A stretch of DNA of 64,000 nt, from contig BQXS01012745.1 in assembly GCA_024181965.1 (NCBI GenBank), positions 1 through 64,000 of the forward strand. The letters run 5' to 3'. Every line of letters begins with the position of its first letter. The first letter of the stretch is position 1. Position numbers and translations under genes: made by a program. The DNA is from Aduncisulcus paluster (lineage: Eukaryota). Below are positions 1-9,296 of this stretch, one piece after another. Below the pieces are notes generated by a model that saw nothing but the letters and a program-made list of their open reading frames with translations, was not told where the DNA came from and did no database searches.

Positions 1-6
1 AATAGC

Positions 7-3000
7 TTAAGAGGAGTCTTCTTGCAAAGCGACAACTCCCTGAACTTCTTTCTCCTCCCCAACACTCTCTTCCTCCTCACTTCCTTTCGAACTGCCAACA
101 GGCGACACTTTCTCGCTATCAGGCAAAGAAGCGCAAGGAGAAGGCAAAGTACTATGGGCAGATGTGATAATCGAGCAATCATCTTCACCCTTCTCCTCTT
201 CTTCCTTCTCTCGCTCCTCACATTGATCATCAAGAACAAAGCCACACACACGCTCCCTCTCACGCAAGCCACCCTCACGAACCCTTTCCTCAGCCTCTTC
301 AAGATTGGCAGCAAGGCCTTGTCTTCTGTGCAGCCTGAAGGCAGTGCTCATCATAAGTTTAAGACGACTTATCTGATTGATCTCAGATAGAGCAGGATCA
401 TAATCAATGGCGGTAACATTCGCAAGCGGATGCATGTCTTTCACAGCTTCCATACAGGCCCGCCCGACAACATGGTTCGGAAGACAGGCCCAGGGAGAAA
501 CAACAATAACCGAATTACAGCCTCTTTCTTCAAGCAACTCTCGAATTTCTCCACTCAAAAGCCATCCCTCCCCTGCAATACATCCATACATAGATGGGTC
601 GATTCCTTCAGCAAGCTTAGAGATCTCTACAATGTTGGAGAGGCGTTCATGGGTTGGGATATGGCCCGACGGAGATGGGAAAAGAGGTTTAGGCTCAGGA
701 AGTGAGGCAGGATAGAGCTTGAACAAGGGACTGCGAGCAAGACGTTGCCTGTAATGCTTTCTAAAAGCTTCAGAATAACTAACAACCAATTTACCTCCAA
801 GCAATACAGCACCACCTTCTCCAAATATCTCTTTCCCATTGACAATGTGTTGCCCACAGTAAAGGAAGAAGTCAAGAAGATCAGGCACGACGACTTCAGC
901 CCCTTCTTTCTCCAGGAAGGCCACCACCTGATTATTTGCAGTGTGTTCATACTTGACAAGGATTTCACCAACAATTCCAACCCTAGGTTTACGGAAGTGA
1001 GTGTGGATAGAAATTGCTTCAAATTTGTCGAATGATTCATCAACCAACTTATTAAATGCATTCTTAGTCAATGTCTTTAGCAACAAAGCCTCCTTGAATT
1101 TCTCACTCATCTCAGCAAACAAACGTTCACTCTCTCCCAGTGATTCTTCCGTCTCGTAAGGTCTTGTTCTCCTCCGCAACCGATCAAGGACATCTCCAGC
1201 GAGCATTGAGATCAATAATCTTCTTATAATAGGCAAGGTAATGCTGAATCCAGGCTGAGTTTTGATTCCAAGGAAAGAAAGGGTTATAACAGGGATCTTG
1301 TCAAGAAGCCCAAGGTCATGAAGAGCACGTTTGATGAATGCAAGGTAATTACTAGCACGACAGGCACCATTTGTCTGTGAAATACCAAGAGCAACTTCTT
1401 CAGGCTTGTATCTTCCACTTCTTATAGCATGAATGAGCTGTCCAACGACAAGAATAGCTGGATAACAAGCATCACTGTGGACACTGTTGAGACCTTCATT
1501 GACGATATCGGAGAGCTTGTAGTCAGCGTGGTCAAGAACCTCCAGGTTATAACCAAAAGGTTTGAACACAGCAGGAAGGAACTGAAAGTGAGGGAATGAC
1601 ATCTGAGGAGCTAAAATAGTCCGTTTACGATCCTCCACTCCGAAAATAGCTTGTTTAGGAGGAACAAAAGGAGTTATTTCAAGTGATTGAGGGATAGGAT
1701 CTAGTCCCGCTTTAATTCTTTCCATAGCTTTTTGACGTTTTTCACGTTCACCAGCCTCGACAGCAGCGAGAAGAGACCGAACACGGATTCGAACAGCACC
1801 TAGATTGCTCATCTCATCGATCTTTGTCAGTGTGAATATTCTCTTCCCACGCTTAACAAGCTCATTAATCTGATCGCTTGTTACAGCATCAACTCCACAT
1901 CCAAACGACACGAGCTGCAACACCTCAACATCATCTCTGCCAATGGCCCATGCAGCAGCACGGTACATTCTGTGGTGGTATGTCCATTGTGAACGTACAC
2001 GGAGATGGAGTTTCTTCTGGTCTACAGTGTCTGAGTGGGGTAGACATGGAGGCAACGGAAGAGTATCATGTGAATAACCACCTCCGATGATGGCTTCAGC
2101 TCTAGTGTCAACAGCGGGCACCTCTTCTTCTTCAATATCTTCAGGAGCACCAGAGATATCCTTCTTTTCCTTCTTCTTCTGCATTTTTAACTCTTTCTTC
2201 TTTTCCTTTTCCATTTTCTTCTCTTCCCTCTTCTTCTCTTTTTCTAACTTAATCATTGATTTCTGCAGGACTTTCTCTCTTTTCTTCATGACTTTGCTCC
2301 TCTTCTTCTCCTCTTTCCCAATATTTTTCGTCCATTCCTCAACCACCTCCTCAACCACCTCCTCTGGACCCAAATGAGCCACACAGTCGTCAGTAAGCAC
2401 CACAAGTCCGTGACCCTGGAGAAGTTCTGGTATCCCATGGTTGATTTCACCATCGATATGGTAAGGCCTACTACAGACGACAATGCCACGGCCAGATTGA
2501 CTTCTCCTTCGCCACTGTGACATCCACTCCACAACACGCTCCCCTTCTTCCTTGAGATCCCTCTTCCAGCGTTCATGTTCCAACAGAGCCACCTGAACAG
2601 CGTCCTTGATTTCTTTCTTGGAGATGCCTCCTTCACACATGGATGGAAGTTCCTGGGAGAGACGAAGAATAAGATGATTGGGCATGTCAAGGGGCAGGAC
2701 AGGATGGTGGAACTTAACATCGCCATTCTGCAAATCCTTCACTCCAAACTGGATAGACAGTGGGTAAGTGGCAACAATTGGACAGGCGAACACACTTTGA
2801 TTGGCAGCATGATCAGCAGAAGAAGGCGTTGACCCACAACTTCTACATTCACGATTATAGGGGATTAAAGGATAAAATATATTCTTGATTCCCATATCGA
2901 CAAGCTTCAGAACATGACCATGGACTAACTTGGCCGGATAACACACAAGATCACTTGATATGGTGTGCATTCCACGCTCATATGTCTCCCGTCGAGATGG

Positions 3001-5880
3001 AGGAGATAAGATCACCCTAAATCCGAGGCAAGTGAAGAGAGTGAACCAAAACGGGTAGTCTTCAAATACATTAAGAGCACGAGGAAGTCCAATCTCTCCA
3101 CGAGAGGCATCAGATTTGGATAACGGTTTGTACGAGAAGAGCCGTTTGTTCTTCCATGAGAACATATTGGGAAGATCAGTGTTTGCAGGGGGTTTAAAGC
3201 TTGATGGAACACACGTTTCAGCAGTTGGAAGATAATTCTCCTTGATAAGACGACGGTGAGTCATGTGATGACTAAGAGACATTGAGGAGGCAGAGGGATC
3301 TTCAAGAAGACGGTCAACAATACTCAGCTTGGCTCCTTGCTTCTCCTGTTTCCGATGAACCTTGGCTTGGTTCTTCTCATATTTCTTCTTCTCTTTATCG
3401 GCCATATCATCCTTGGCAGCCTGTTGGAGCTTCAAACGCTCAGTCTCAACCTTTTTCTTCTCCTTGAGAGCCAATATCCTCTTCCTCCCTTCTTCTTTAA
3501 CCTTCTCTCTCACCTTGTCAACTCCTTCGGCACCTCGTTCACAACGATTCCCACTGACATAGACTTTACCATTACTGAAACGGCTCTCAGTTAATAAACA
3601 CTTGTTCCCACACCCACAACACCTGGAGGTTGAAGTTGTCCAGGTTAACGCTGAGATCTTGGATAGACCAAACATGGATGAAGGAGTGTTCTTCTCTTTG
3701 GCGATACGAGCACGCAATTCTTCACAGAGGACAGCGCTCTCATCTTCACCGTCAGCAATGGCAGAACGAATAGTATCCTCATACATCAGTTTCTTCTCAT
3801 TCAGCTCTTCAATTCGTCTTTGGCGCCCAATCAAAGCACATCCGAAGGCACCCATGAGACCAGCAATATCAGGGCGCACAACATTGACACCCACAAGCTG
3901 CTCAAACGCACGGAGAACACACTCATTAAGAAATGTCCCACCCTGACACACAATTTTATCACCCAAGGAACGAACATCACGGACCCTAATAACCTTATAA
4001 AGAGCATTCTTAATAACACTTATGGCAATTCCAGCACTGATCTCACTGACTGTAGCGCCTTCTTTCTGGCTCTGTTTCACACGACTATTCATAAAAATCG
4101 TACATCTACTCCCAAGATCGACAGGCCCAGGAGCAAGCAACCCTAACTTTGCAAATTCTTTCACATCAAGTCCAAGAGTTGAGGAAAATTGGGAGATAAA
4201 TGATCCACAGCCGCTAGAACAACTCTCGTTAAGGATTACATTAGTAATAGGCCGAGAAAGAGAGGAATTAATACTTGTTGGCTTCTTTTCAGATTCAAGA
4301 TCACTTCCCGTCTGTCGTTTCTCTTCCTTCCCTTCATCTTCCTCTTCTCCTTCTCCTCGAGATTCAGAAATTAGTCCTCTTCTCTTGCGGCGTGGAAGAA
4401 TGGAAGGAGTATCAGATCCAGCAATGTCCTCAATGTCAACGGAATCAAAGGAACCGGTAGAAGCTATAACAGACGGTTTAAGAGGTTTCTCTTGTTTTTG
4501 GACATCAGTCTTGGTCACTTTTAGCTCATCTTTCTCAACGGAAATACACTTGATGTCGATTCCTCCAATGTCCAGAACAAATTCGACACCGGGCATAAAG
4601 AAATCGGCCGCAGTTGTATGAGCAACCGTCTCTACAACCCCATAATCACACTCTAGAGCACTCTTAACCAGACGTTCTCCATATCCTGTCACACAACATG
4701 AACTGACAATAACAGAACGAGTGTGAAGAGACTGGTGAACATGAAGTTCAGTATAGAATCTCGCAAGAGCATCCATTGTTGATTTTAACGGACTTCCACC
4801 GTTGGAACCGTAATGATTCCACACTATACGACATTCCTCGTCAATGACAGCAACTTTGGTTGTTGTAGATCCAGCGTCAATTCCAATGAACAAACGAATA
4901 ACAGGAGCATCATCAACATCCTCAAGTCCATCCCAAAGGGAATCCAAAGAGACCCTAGACACACTATTCTCAGCATGACGGGCACGGAACTGCTTCAGAT
5001 CCTCTTCAGAGCGGAACAAGGGAGGCAACCGTGGATTCTTCTCAACCTCAGCGGTCGAAAGATCAGGCATCTCAGAGAGTTCAATAGGCTTTGCACCATT
5101 CTCTTCACATATCATTGCTGCACCCATAGAAACAAAGTACTGGGCATTGGGAGGGACCAAGGCCTGTTCTGGTGTGAGTTTTAAGGTTTCGATGAATCTA
5201 TGTCTAAGTTGTGGGAGGAAATGCAATGGGCCTCCAAGGAAGGCAATGTTACCACACACAGGTTTCCCAGCCGCGAGTCCTCCGAGGGTCTGTGATACGA
5301 CAGCCTGCATGATGGAGGCAGCAACATCACTCTTCTGCGCACCTTCGTTCAACAAAGGCTGAATGTCAGTCTTAGCGAAGACTCCACACCTAGAAGCGAT
5401 TGGATAAATTCTAGAGGCCTTTTCAGCATATTTATCAAGCCCTAAAGTATCAGTACTAAGTAGATTGGCCATGGAATCTAAAAAAGATCCAGTACCACCA
5501 GCACAAACAGCATTCATCCGAGAAGCAGTTTGTATTCCATCTTTGAACCAGCTTACTTTTGCATCTTCTCCTCCCAATTCAATAGCAACGTCCGTAGTCG
5601 GAAGAAAAGTTTCGATAGCGGCACCACAGGCAACTACCTCTTGAACATACGGGAGATTCAAGAGAGCAGCGATTCGTTGCCCACCAGATCCGGTGACGGC
5701 ACCAACTAATTTTCTATCCTTTAAAATTGGCGAAGCTTCACAAAAAATTCGTTCGATGGTCGAATTGACGTCGCTCAAATGCCTTTCATACTTTTTAAAT
5801 ACCAATCGGTTTTCATCAAAGCAGACAAGCTTAACAGTCGTAGATCCAACATCAATACCAATGTGTAAAGGAGCTAACAT
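7..5880 (-). CDS. Fused CoA-substrate-specific enzyme activase / 2-hydroxyacyl-CoA dehydratase-type protein (two BadF/BadG/BcrA/BcrD ASKHA ATPase domains + DUF2229 + HgdA/B-like C-terminal region), bacterial type
   Basis: First ATPase module: GIDVGSTTVK, ELGGEDAK, MNAVCAGGTGSFLD, IASRCGVFAK. Second module: GIDAGSTTTK, DIGGIDIK, NESCSSGCGSF, LGSRCTIFMNS. Then CCGCGNKC, GNRCE, GLPRALN, CYPAKL, SFGCGVD, KIDEMSNLGAVRIRVRSL, ACYPA, GACRASNY, GEGWL and PWACLPNHVVG. The ORF-track start at 5916 is TTG; the first ATG is at 5880. No introns. Confidence 0.88.
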   Translation of the reverse strand: MLAPLHIGIDVGSTTVKLVCFDENRLVFKKYERHLSDVNSTIERIFCEASPILKDRKLVGAVTGSGGQRIAALLNLPYVQEVVACGAAIETFLPTTDVAIELGGEDAKVSWFKDGIQTASRMNAVCAGGTGSFLDSMANLLSTDTLGLDKYAEKASRIYPIASRCGVFAKTDIQPLLNEGAQKSDVAASIMQAVVSQTLGGLAAGKPVCGNIAFLGGPLHFLPQLRHRFIETLKLTPEQALVPPNAQYFVSMGAAMICEENGAKPIELSEMPDLSTAEVEKNPRLPPLFRSEEDLKQFRARHAENSVSRVSLDSLWDGLEDVDDAPVIRLFIGIDAGSTTTKVAVIDEECRIVWNHYGSNGGSPLKSTMDALARFYTELHVHQSLHTRSVIVSSCCVTGYGERLVKSALECDYGVVETVAHTTAADFFMPGVEFVLDIGGIDIKCISVEKDELKVTKTDVQKQEKPLKPSVIASTGSFDSVDIEDIAGSDTPSILPRRKRRGLISESRGEGEEEDEGKEEKRQTGSDLESEKKPTSINSSLSRPITNVILNESCSSGCGSFISQFSSTLGLDVKEFAKLGLLAPGPVDLGSRCTIFMNSRVKQSQKEGATVSEISAGIAISVIKNALYKVIRVRDVRSLGDKIVCQGGTFLNECVLRAFEQLVGVNVVRPDIAGLMGAFGCALIGRQRRIEELNEKKLMYEDTIRSAIADGEDESAVLCEELRARIAKEKNTPSSMFGLSKISALTWTTSTSRCCGCGNKCLLTESRFSNGKVYVSGNRCERGAEGVDKVREKVKEEGRKRILALKEKKKVETERLKLQQAAKDDMADKEKKKYEKNQAKVHRKQEKQGAKLSIVDRLLEDPSASSMSLSHHMTHRRLIKENYLPTAETCVPSSFKPPANTDLPNMFSWKNKRLFSYKPLSKSDASRGEIGLPRALNVFEDYPFWFTLFTCLGFRVILSPPSRRETYERGMHTISSDLVCYPAKLVHGHVLKLVDMGIKNIFYPLIPYNRECRSCGSTPSSADHAANQSVFACPIVATYPLSIQFGVKDLQNGDVKFHHPVLPLDMPNHLILRLSQELPSMCEGGISKKEIKDAVQVALLEHERWKRDLKEEGERVVEWMSQWRRRSQSGRGIVVCSRPYHIDGEINHGIPELLQGHGLVVLTDDCVAHLGPEEVVEEVVEEWTKNIGKEEKKRSKVMKKREKVLQKSMIKLEKEKKREEKKMEKEKKKELKMQKKKEKKDISGAPEDIEEEEVPAVDTRAEAIIGGGYSHDTLPLPPCLPHSDTVDQKKLHLRVRSQWTYHHRMYRAAAWAIGRDDVEVLQLVSFGCGVDAVTSDQINELVKRGKRIFTLTKIDEMSNLGAVRIRVRSLLAAVEAGEREKRQKAMERIKAGLDPIPQSLEITPFVPPKQAIFGVEDRKRTILAPQMSFPHFQFLPAVFKPFGYNLEVLDHADYKLSDIVNEGLNSVHSDACYPAILVVGQLIHAIRSGRYKPEEVALGISQTNGACRASNYLAFIKRALHDLGLLDKIPVITLSFLGIKTQPGFSITLPIIRRLLISMLAGDVLDRLRRRTRPYETEESLGESERLFAEMSEKFKEALLLKTLTKNAFNKLVDESFDKFEAISIHTHFRKPRVGIVGEILVKYEHTANNQVVAFLEKEGAEVVVPDLLDFFLYCGQHIVNGKEIFGEGGAVLLGGKLVVSYSEAFRKHYRQRLARSPLFKLYPASLPEPKPLFPSPSGHIPTHERLSNIVEISKLAEGIDPSMYGCIAGEGWLLSGEIRELLEERGCNSVIVVSPWACLPNHVVGRACMEAVKDMHPLANVTAIDYDPALSEINQISRLKLMMSTAFRLHRRQGLAANLEEAEERVREGGLRERERVCGFVLDDQCEEREKEEEEKGEDDCSIITSAHSTLPSPCASLPDSEKVSPVGSSKGSEEEESVGEEKEVQGVVALQEDSS

Positions 5881-6370
5881 ACTGAATAGCAGAAAAGCAA
5901 GCGGAAACAACGGCAAAAAGGGTGTTGGAGAAGAAGAAACTCACTAATGGAATGACAATGTCATCAAAAAATAGTGAAATTGCATAAAATCATTTTTCAA
6001 TATCATTTATTGTTTTTTGGTCCAAGATATTTGCACAATATAAGACATATAACCCAACAAAAAGGAAAAAACATGTATAGAGGTTGTTTTTGAATAAAAA
6101 AAATGATAAGTAATGAAAATGTCCACTATAGGATATAGTAATCCAATAATTTCCTTCTATCACACTCATACAATCCTCGAGTGAGTTGGAAATAATCCAT
6201 ATTCGAAAGAGTCAGCCTCAATCAGAAAAAGGTATACAACATATTTTTCTGAATTAATATCTTGCAACGCTGGTTTTTTAAATTCATTTCGACGGCTCTC
6301 TTCAAAGACCAATTTTCTAGAATTTTCGGGAATGAATTCCTTTTATATTAAAATAGCGAATTGGAAAAGC

Positions 6371-6845
6371 TATAAACAACAAAAATCCCAGATTTAAATC
6401 TTCACAGATGAATAAAAGAGAATATCATCTCAAATACTTTCCCAAATGGACATTTTTCATGTAATCCCGCCCTTTGTTTCCTTCAAATCCGTTAATACCC
6501 AAAGAAAAAACAAGGATGATCCAAATAAATGATAAATCAGAAAAGCTCATTGTTTATCTCTGTTGCAATCGAATTAAATTGATGTTCAGCAACTATCTNN
6601 NNNNNNNNNNNNNNNNNNTATAAACAACAAAAATCCCAGATTTAAATCTTCACAGATGAATAAAAGAGAATATCATCTCAAATACTTTCCCAAATGGACA
6701 TTTTTCATGTAATCCCGCCCTTTGTTTCCTTCAAATCCGTTAATACCCAAAGAAAAAACAAGGATGATCCAAATAATGATAAATCAGAAAAGCTCATTGT
6801 TTATCTCTGTTGCAATCGAATTAAATTGATGTTCAGCAACTATCT
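6371..6845. repeat. Assembly gap (N 6599-6618) with duplicated flanks
   Basis: 6371-6598 is repeated at 6619-6845 with a single 1-nt indel. Confidence 0.9.
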
Positions 6846-6920
6846 CACATTTCTAATTTCATTATTCTTTTTCTCGCCCAAAGACCAAAAGATCTTTTTT
6901 TTTACCTATAATATTATATA

Positions 6921-8001
6921 ATGGGTAAACTTAGTGAGAATATTGATACTATAATTTCGAAGTTGTTGAGTTTAAAACCTCTCGAAACCAAGAAGTTACC
7001 AAACATATCGGAAGAAAATGTCAGAGCCTTAGTATTGAAAGCCCGTGAAGTCTTCATACAGCAACCTATCTTACTTGAATTAGATGCTCCTATTAAGATT
7101 TGTGGAGATATTCATGGTCAATTCTGGGATTTACTCCGTTTATTCGAGTATGGAGGTTTCCCCCCCTCTCCCAACTATCTTTTTATGGGTGATTATGTTG
7201 ATAGAGGAAAGCAGAGTCTCGAATGCATCATTCTTTTGCTCTGTTTCAAAGTTAAGTTTCCAGTCAATTTCTTTTTATTAAGAGGGAACCACGAATGCGG
7301 CCAAATCAACAAATTGTACGGATTTTATGATGAATGCAAAAAGAGATATTCAACACGCCTGTGGAAAGTCTTTCTTGATTGTTTCAGCTGTCTTCCTCTT
7401 GCTGCTGTTATCGACGAGAAGATTTTCTGTACTCACGGAGGATTAAGTCCAGAATTGAACTCTTTAGATCAAATTAGGCGGATTTCTCGTCCTACTGAAG
7501 TCCCTGACGCCGGTCTTTTGTGTGATTTGTTGTGGTCTGATCCTGATCCTTCTATTCGTGGATGGGGAGAGAATGATCGTGGAGTTAGTTTCACATTTGG
7601 TGCAGATGTGGTTGAAGAGTTTCTTGAAGCAAACCGTTATGATCTTATTTGTCGTGCTCATCAAGTTGTGGAGGATGGATATGAATTCTTCGCTCAGCGT
7701 CGTTTAGTTACTGTTTTTTCAGCTCCTAAGTATTGTGGGTATGTAAATTCTTTTTTTCAATTTATTTTTTTCATTATTTTACAACACTTATCCAACATTT
7801 TAATTTGTTTATCCTCAAATATTCTATTTCAGTGAATTTGATAATGCCGGAGCCATGATGTCCGTGGACGAATCTTTGATGTGTTCGTTCCACATTTTAA
7901 AACCTGAGGACACGATATCATCTGGAGGATATGGTGGTGGTGCTGGTGTTAGACCCCCAACTCCTCCCAGGACCAAGAAGAGGGGAAGAAGAGAAAAATA
8001 A
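6921..8001 (+). CDS. PP1: Serine/threonine protein phosphatase PP1 catalytic subunit; exons 6921-7738 and 7833-8001
   Basis: GDIHGQ, GDYVDRG, LRGNHE, HGGLSP, DLLWSDP and [13 protein letters not shown] motifs. Removing a GTATGT...TTCAG intron (7739-7832) restores [22 protein letters not shown] and a C-terminal TPPR. Confidence 0.95.
7739..7832 (+). other. Spliceosomal intron (94 nt) in PP1
   Basis: GTATGT...TTTCAG, AT-rich; removal restores the conserved PP1 sequence. Confidence 0.92.
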
Positions 8002-8240
8002 TTATAATTATGTTTTTATATGATTTTATTTGAATAAATTTGTTTCAATTTCATAAGAATCGACTTTCTTCCTGTTGATGTATCTCAGATCACATCGCTT
8101 TTTTCAATCGTACAATAATGTTAAAATTAATATTAATTCATCAAATATCCCTTTTTTCAAATGATTTTAAATTAGATAAAAAAAAGGTATATACCTCAGA
8201 GAACAAAGACAAAACAAGAAATATAAAGATATCATATTAT

Positions 8241-8858
8241 TTATTCCTTGGGCTCTCTAATAGTAATGAAATCGGGTTGAGGAACAGAAGGTCTAACGGG
8301 TTGACAGATCTTAACCTTAACACCGATCATACCAGAACGCATGGAGATGGAACGAACAGCGACATCAACGTTGTCAATCTTGGGCTGACCAGTACGGAGA
8401 AGGAATCCATCACGGTACTTCTGGCTCTTAGCACGCTGGGCACGAAGCTTACCAGAGACAATGACCTCAACACCACGAGCACCAGCCTCCATAACACTAC
8501 GGATAACAGCGTAAGCAGCACGACGGATGGGGAGACCAGCCTCAAGACGGTAACGAAGAGATTCAACCTGAGCCTCGGCAGAAAGACCCTTTTCTTGGAT
8601 CTTATCACAGCAAATAATAACTTGTCCGGGCTTCATTCCAAAACGCTTCTCAACAACAGATTGAAGCTCTTGAATACGACGGTTCTTTTCACCATACACT
8701 TCTTTAACACGAGTAGCCTTAACAGTGATGTTAGTCTTCCTGGGAGTAGTAAAAACTTCTAATCCAGCGTATCCCTGACGGGCGAGCTCCTTGGCAAAGA
8801 GGGCATCCAATTCGGCACGGAACAAACCTTCTGAAATAGTCTTCCTCTTCGTGTTCAT
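8241..8858 (-). CDS. RPS3: 40S ribosomal protein S3 (uS3)
   Basis: KRKTISEGLFRAEL, GEKNRRIQEL, GLSAEAQVESLRYRL, GVEVIVSGKLRAQRAKS, GMIGVKVKI. The ATG at 8858 (MNTKRK) is preferred over the TTG at 8942. Confidence 0.96.
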   Translation of the reverse strand: MNTKRKTISEGLFRAELDALFAKELARQGYAGLEVFTTPRKTNITVKATRVKEVYGEKNRRIQELQSVVEKRFGMKPGQVIICCDKIQEKGLSAEAQVESLRYRLEAGLPIRRAAYAVIRSVMEAGARGVEVIVSGKLRAQRAKSQKYRDGFLLRTGQPKIDNVDVAVRSISMRSGMIGVKVKICQPVRPSVPQPDFITIREPKE

Positions 8859-9296
8859 CACTAGATATCTCTCCGCAGAAAGAAGATCAATGGATATGAC
8901 TGAGTGAGATCGATATCTATTTTTAGATTCAATCTCTCTCAATCAATTACACCTTCTGCCAGAAGAATACAATAATTTTAACAATTTAAATCCCTTTAAT
9001 TCAATTGAATCTGCAAGGTTTAGTTTAGTAATGATCCATTATTAATGTGGTTCCTTATGCAAATGAAAATCGAGATTTTCCAAAATAATTTGTTAATAAA
9101 ATCGGGAAATTCCTTTAAAAATCGACCAATATATTTCCATAGATGAACAATTCTGAAATATACATTTTAATAAATTCAATAATAGACCCCTACAGTCGTG
9201 GGGAAAATTTATTGGCTGGTTAGCATGTATATATTAAAAATTGAACATTATTATACTTAAAATGCCAAAAAACAAATGATATTTATTATATGTCAT

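Noticed and set aside
5881-5916. Hydrophobic N-terminal 'signal peptide' on the activase
   Set aside because: It depends on a TTG start. The first ATG is at 5880, immediately before the conserved GIDVGSTT motif.
6130-6921. Short ORFs in the activase-PP1 spacer (for example 6694-6921 and a ~57-codon minus-strand stretch)
   Set aside because: No recognisable motifs or convincing start and splice signals, and the region is confounded by the gap duplication.
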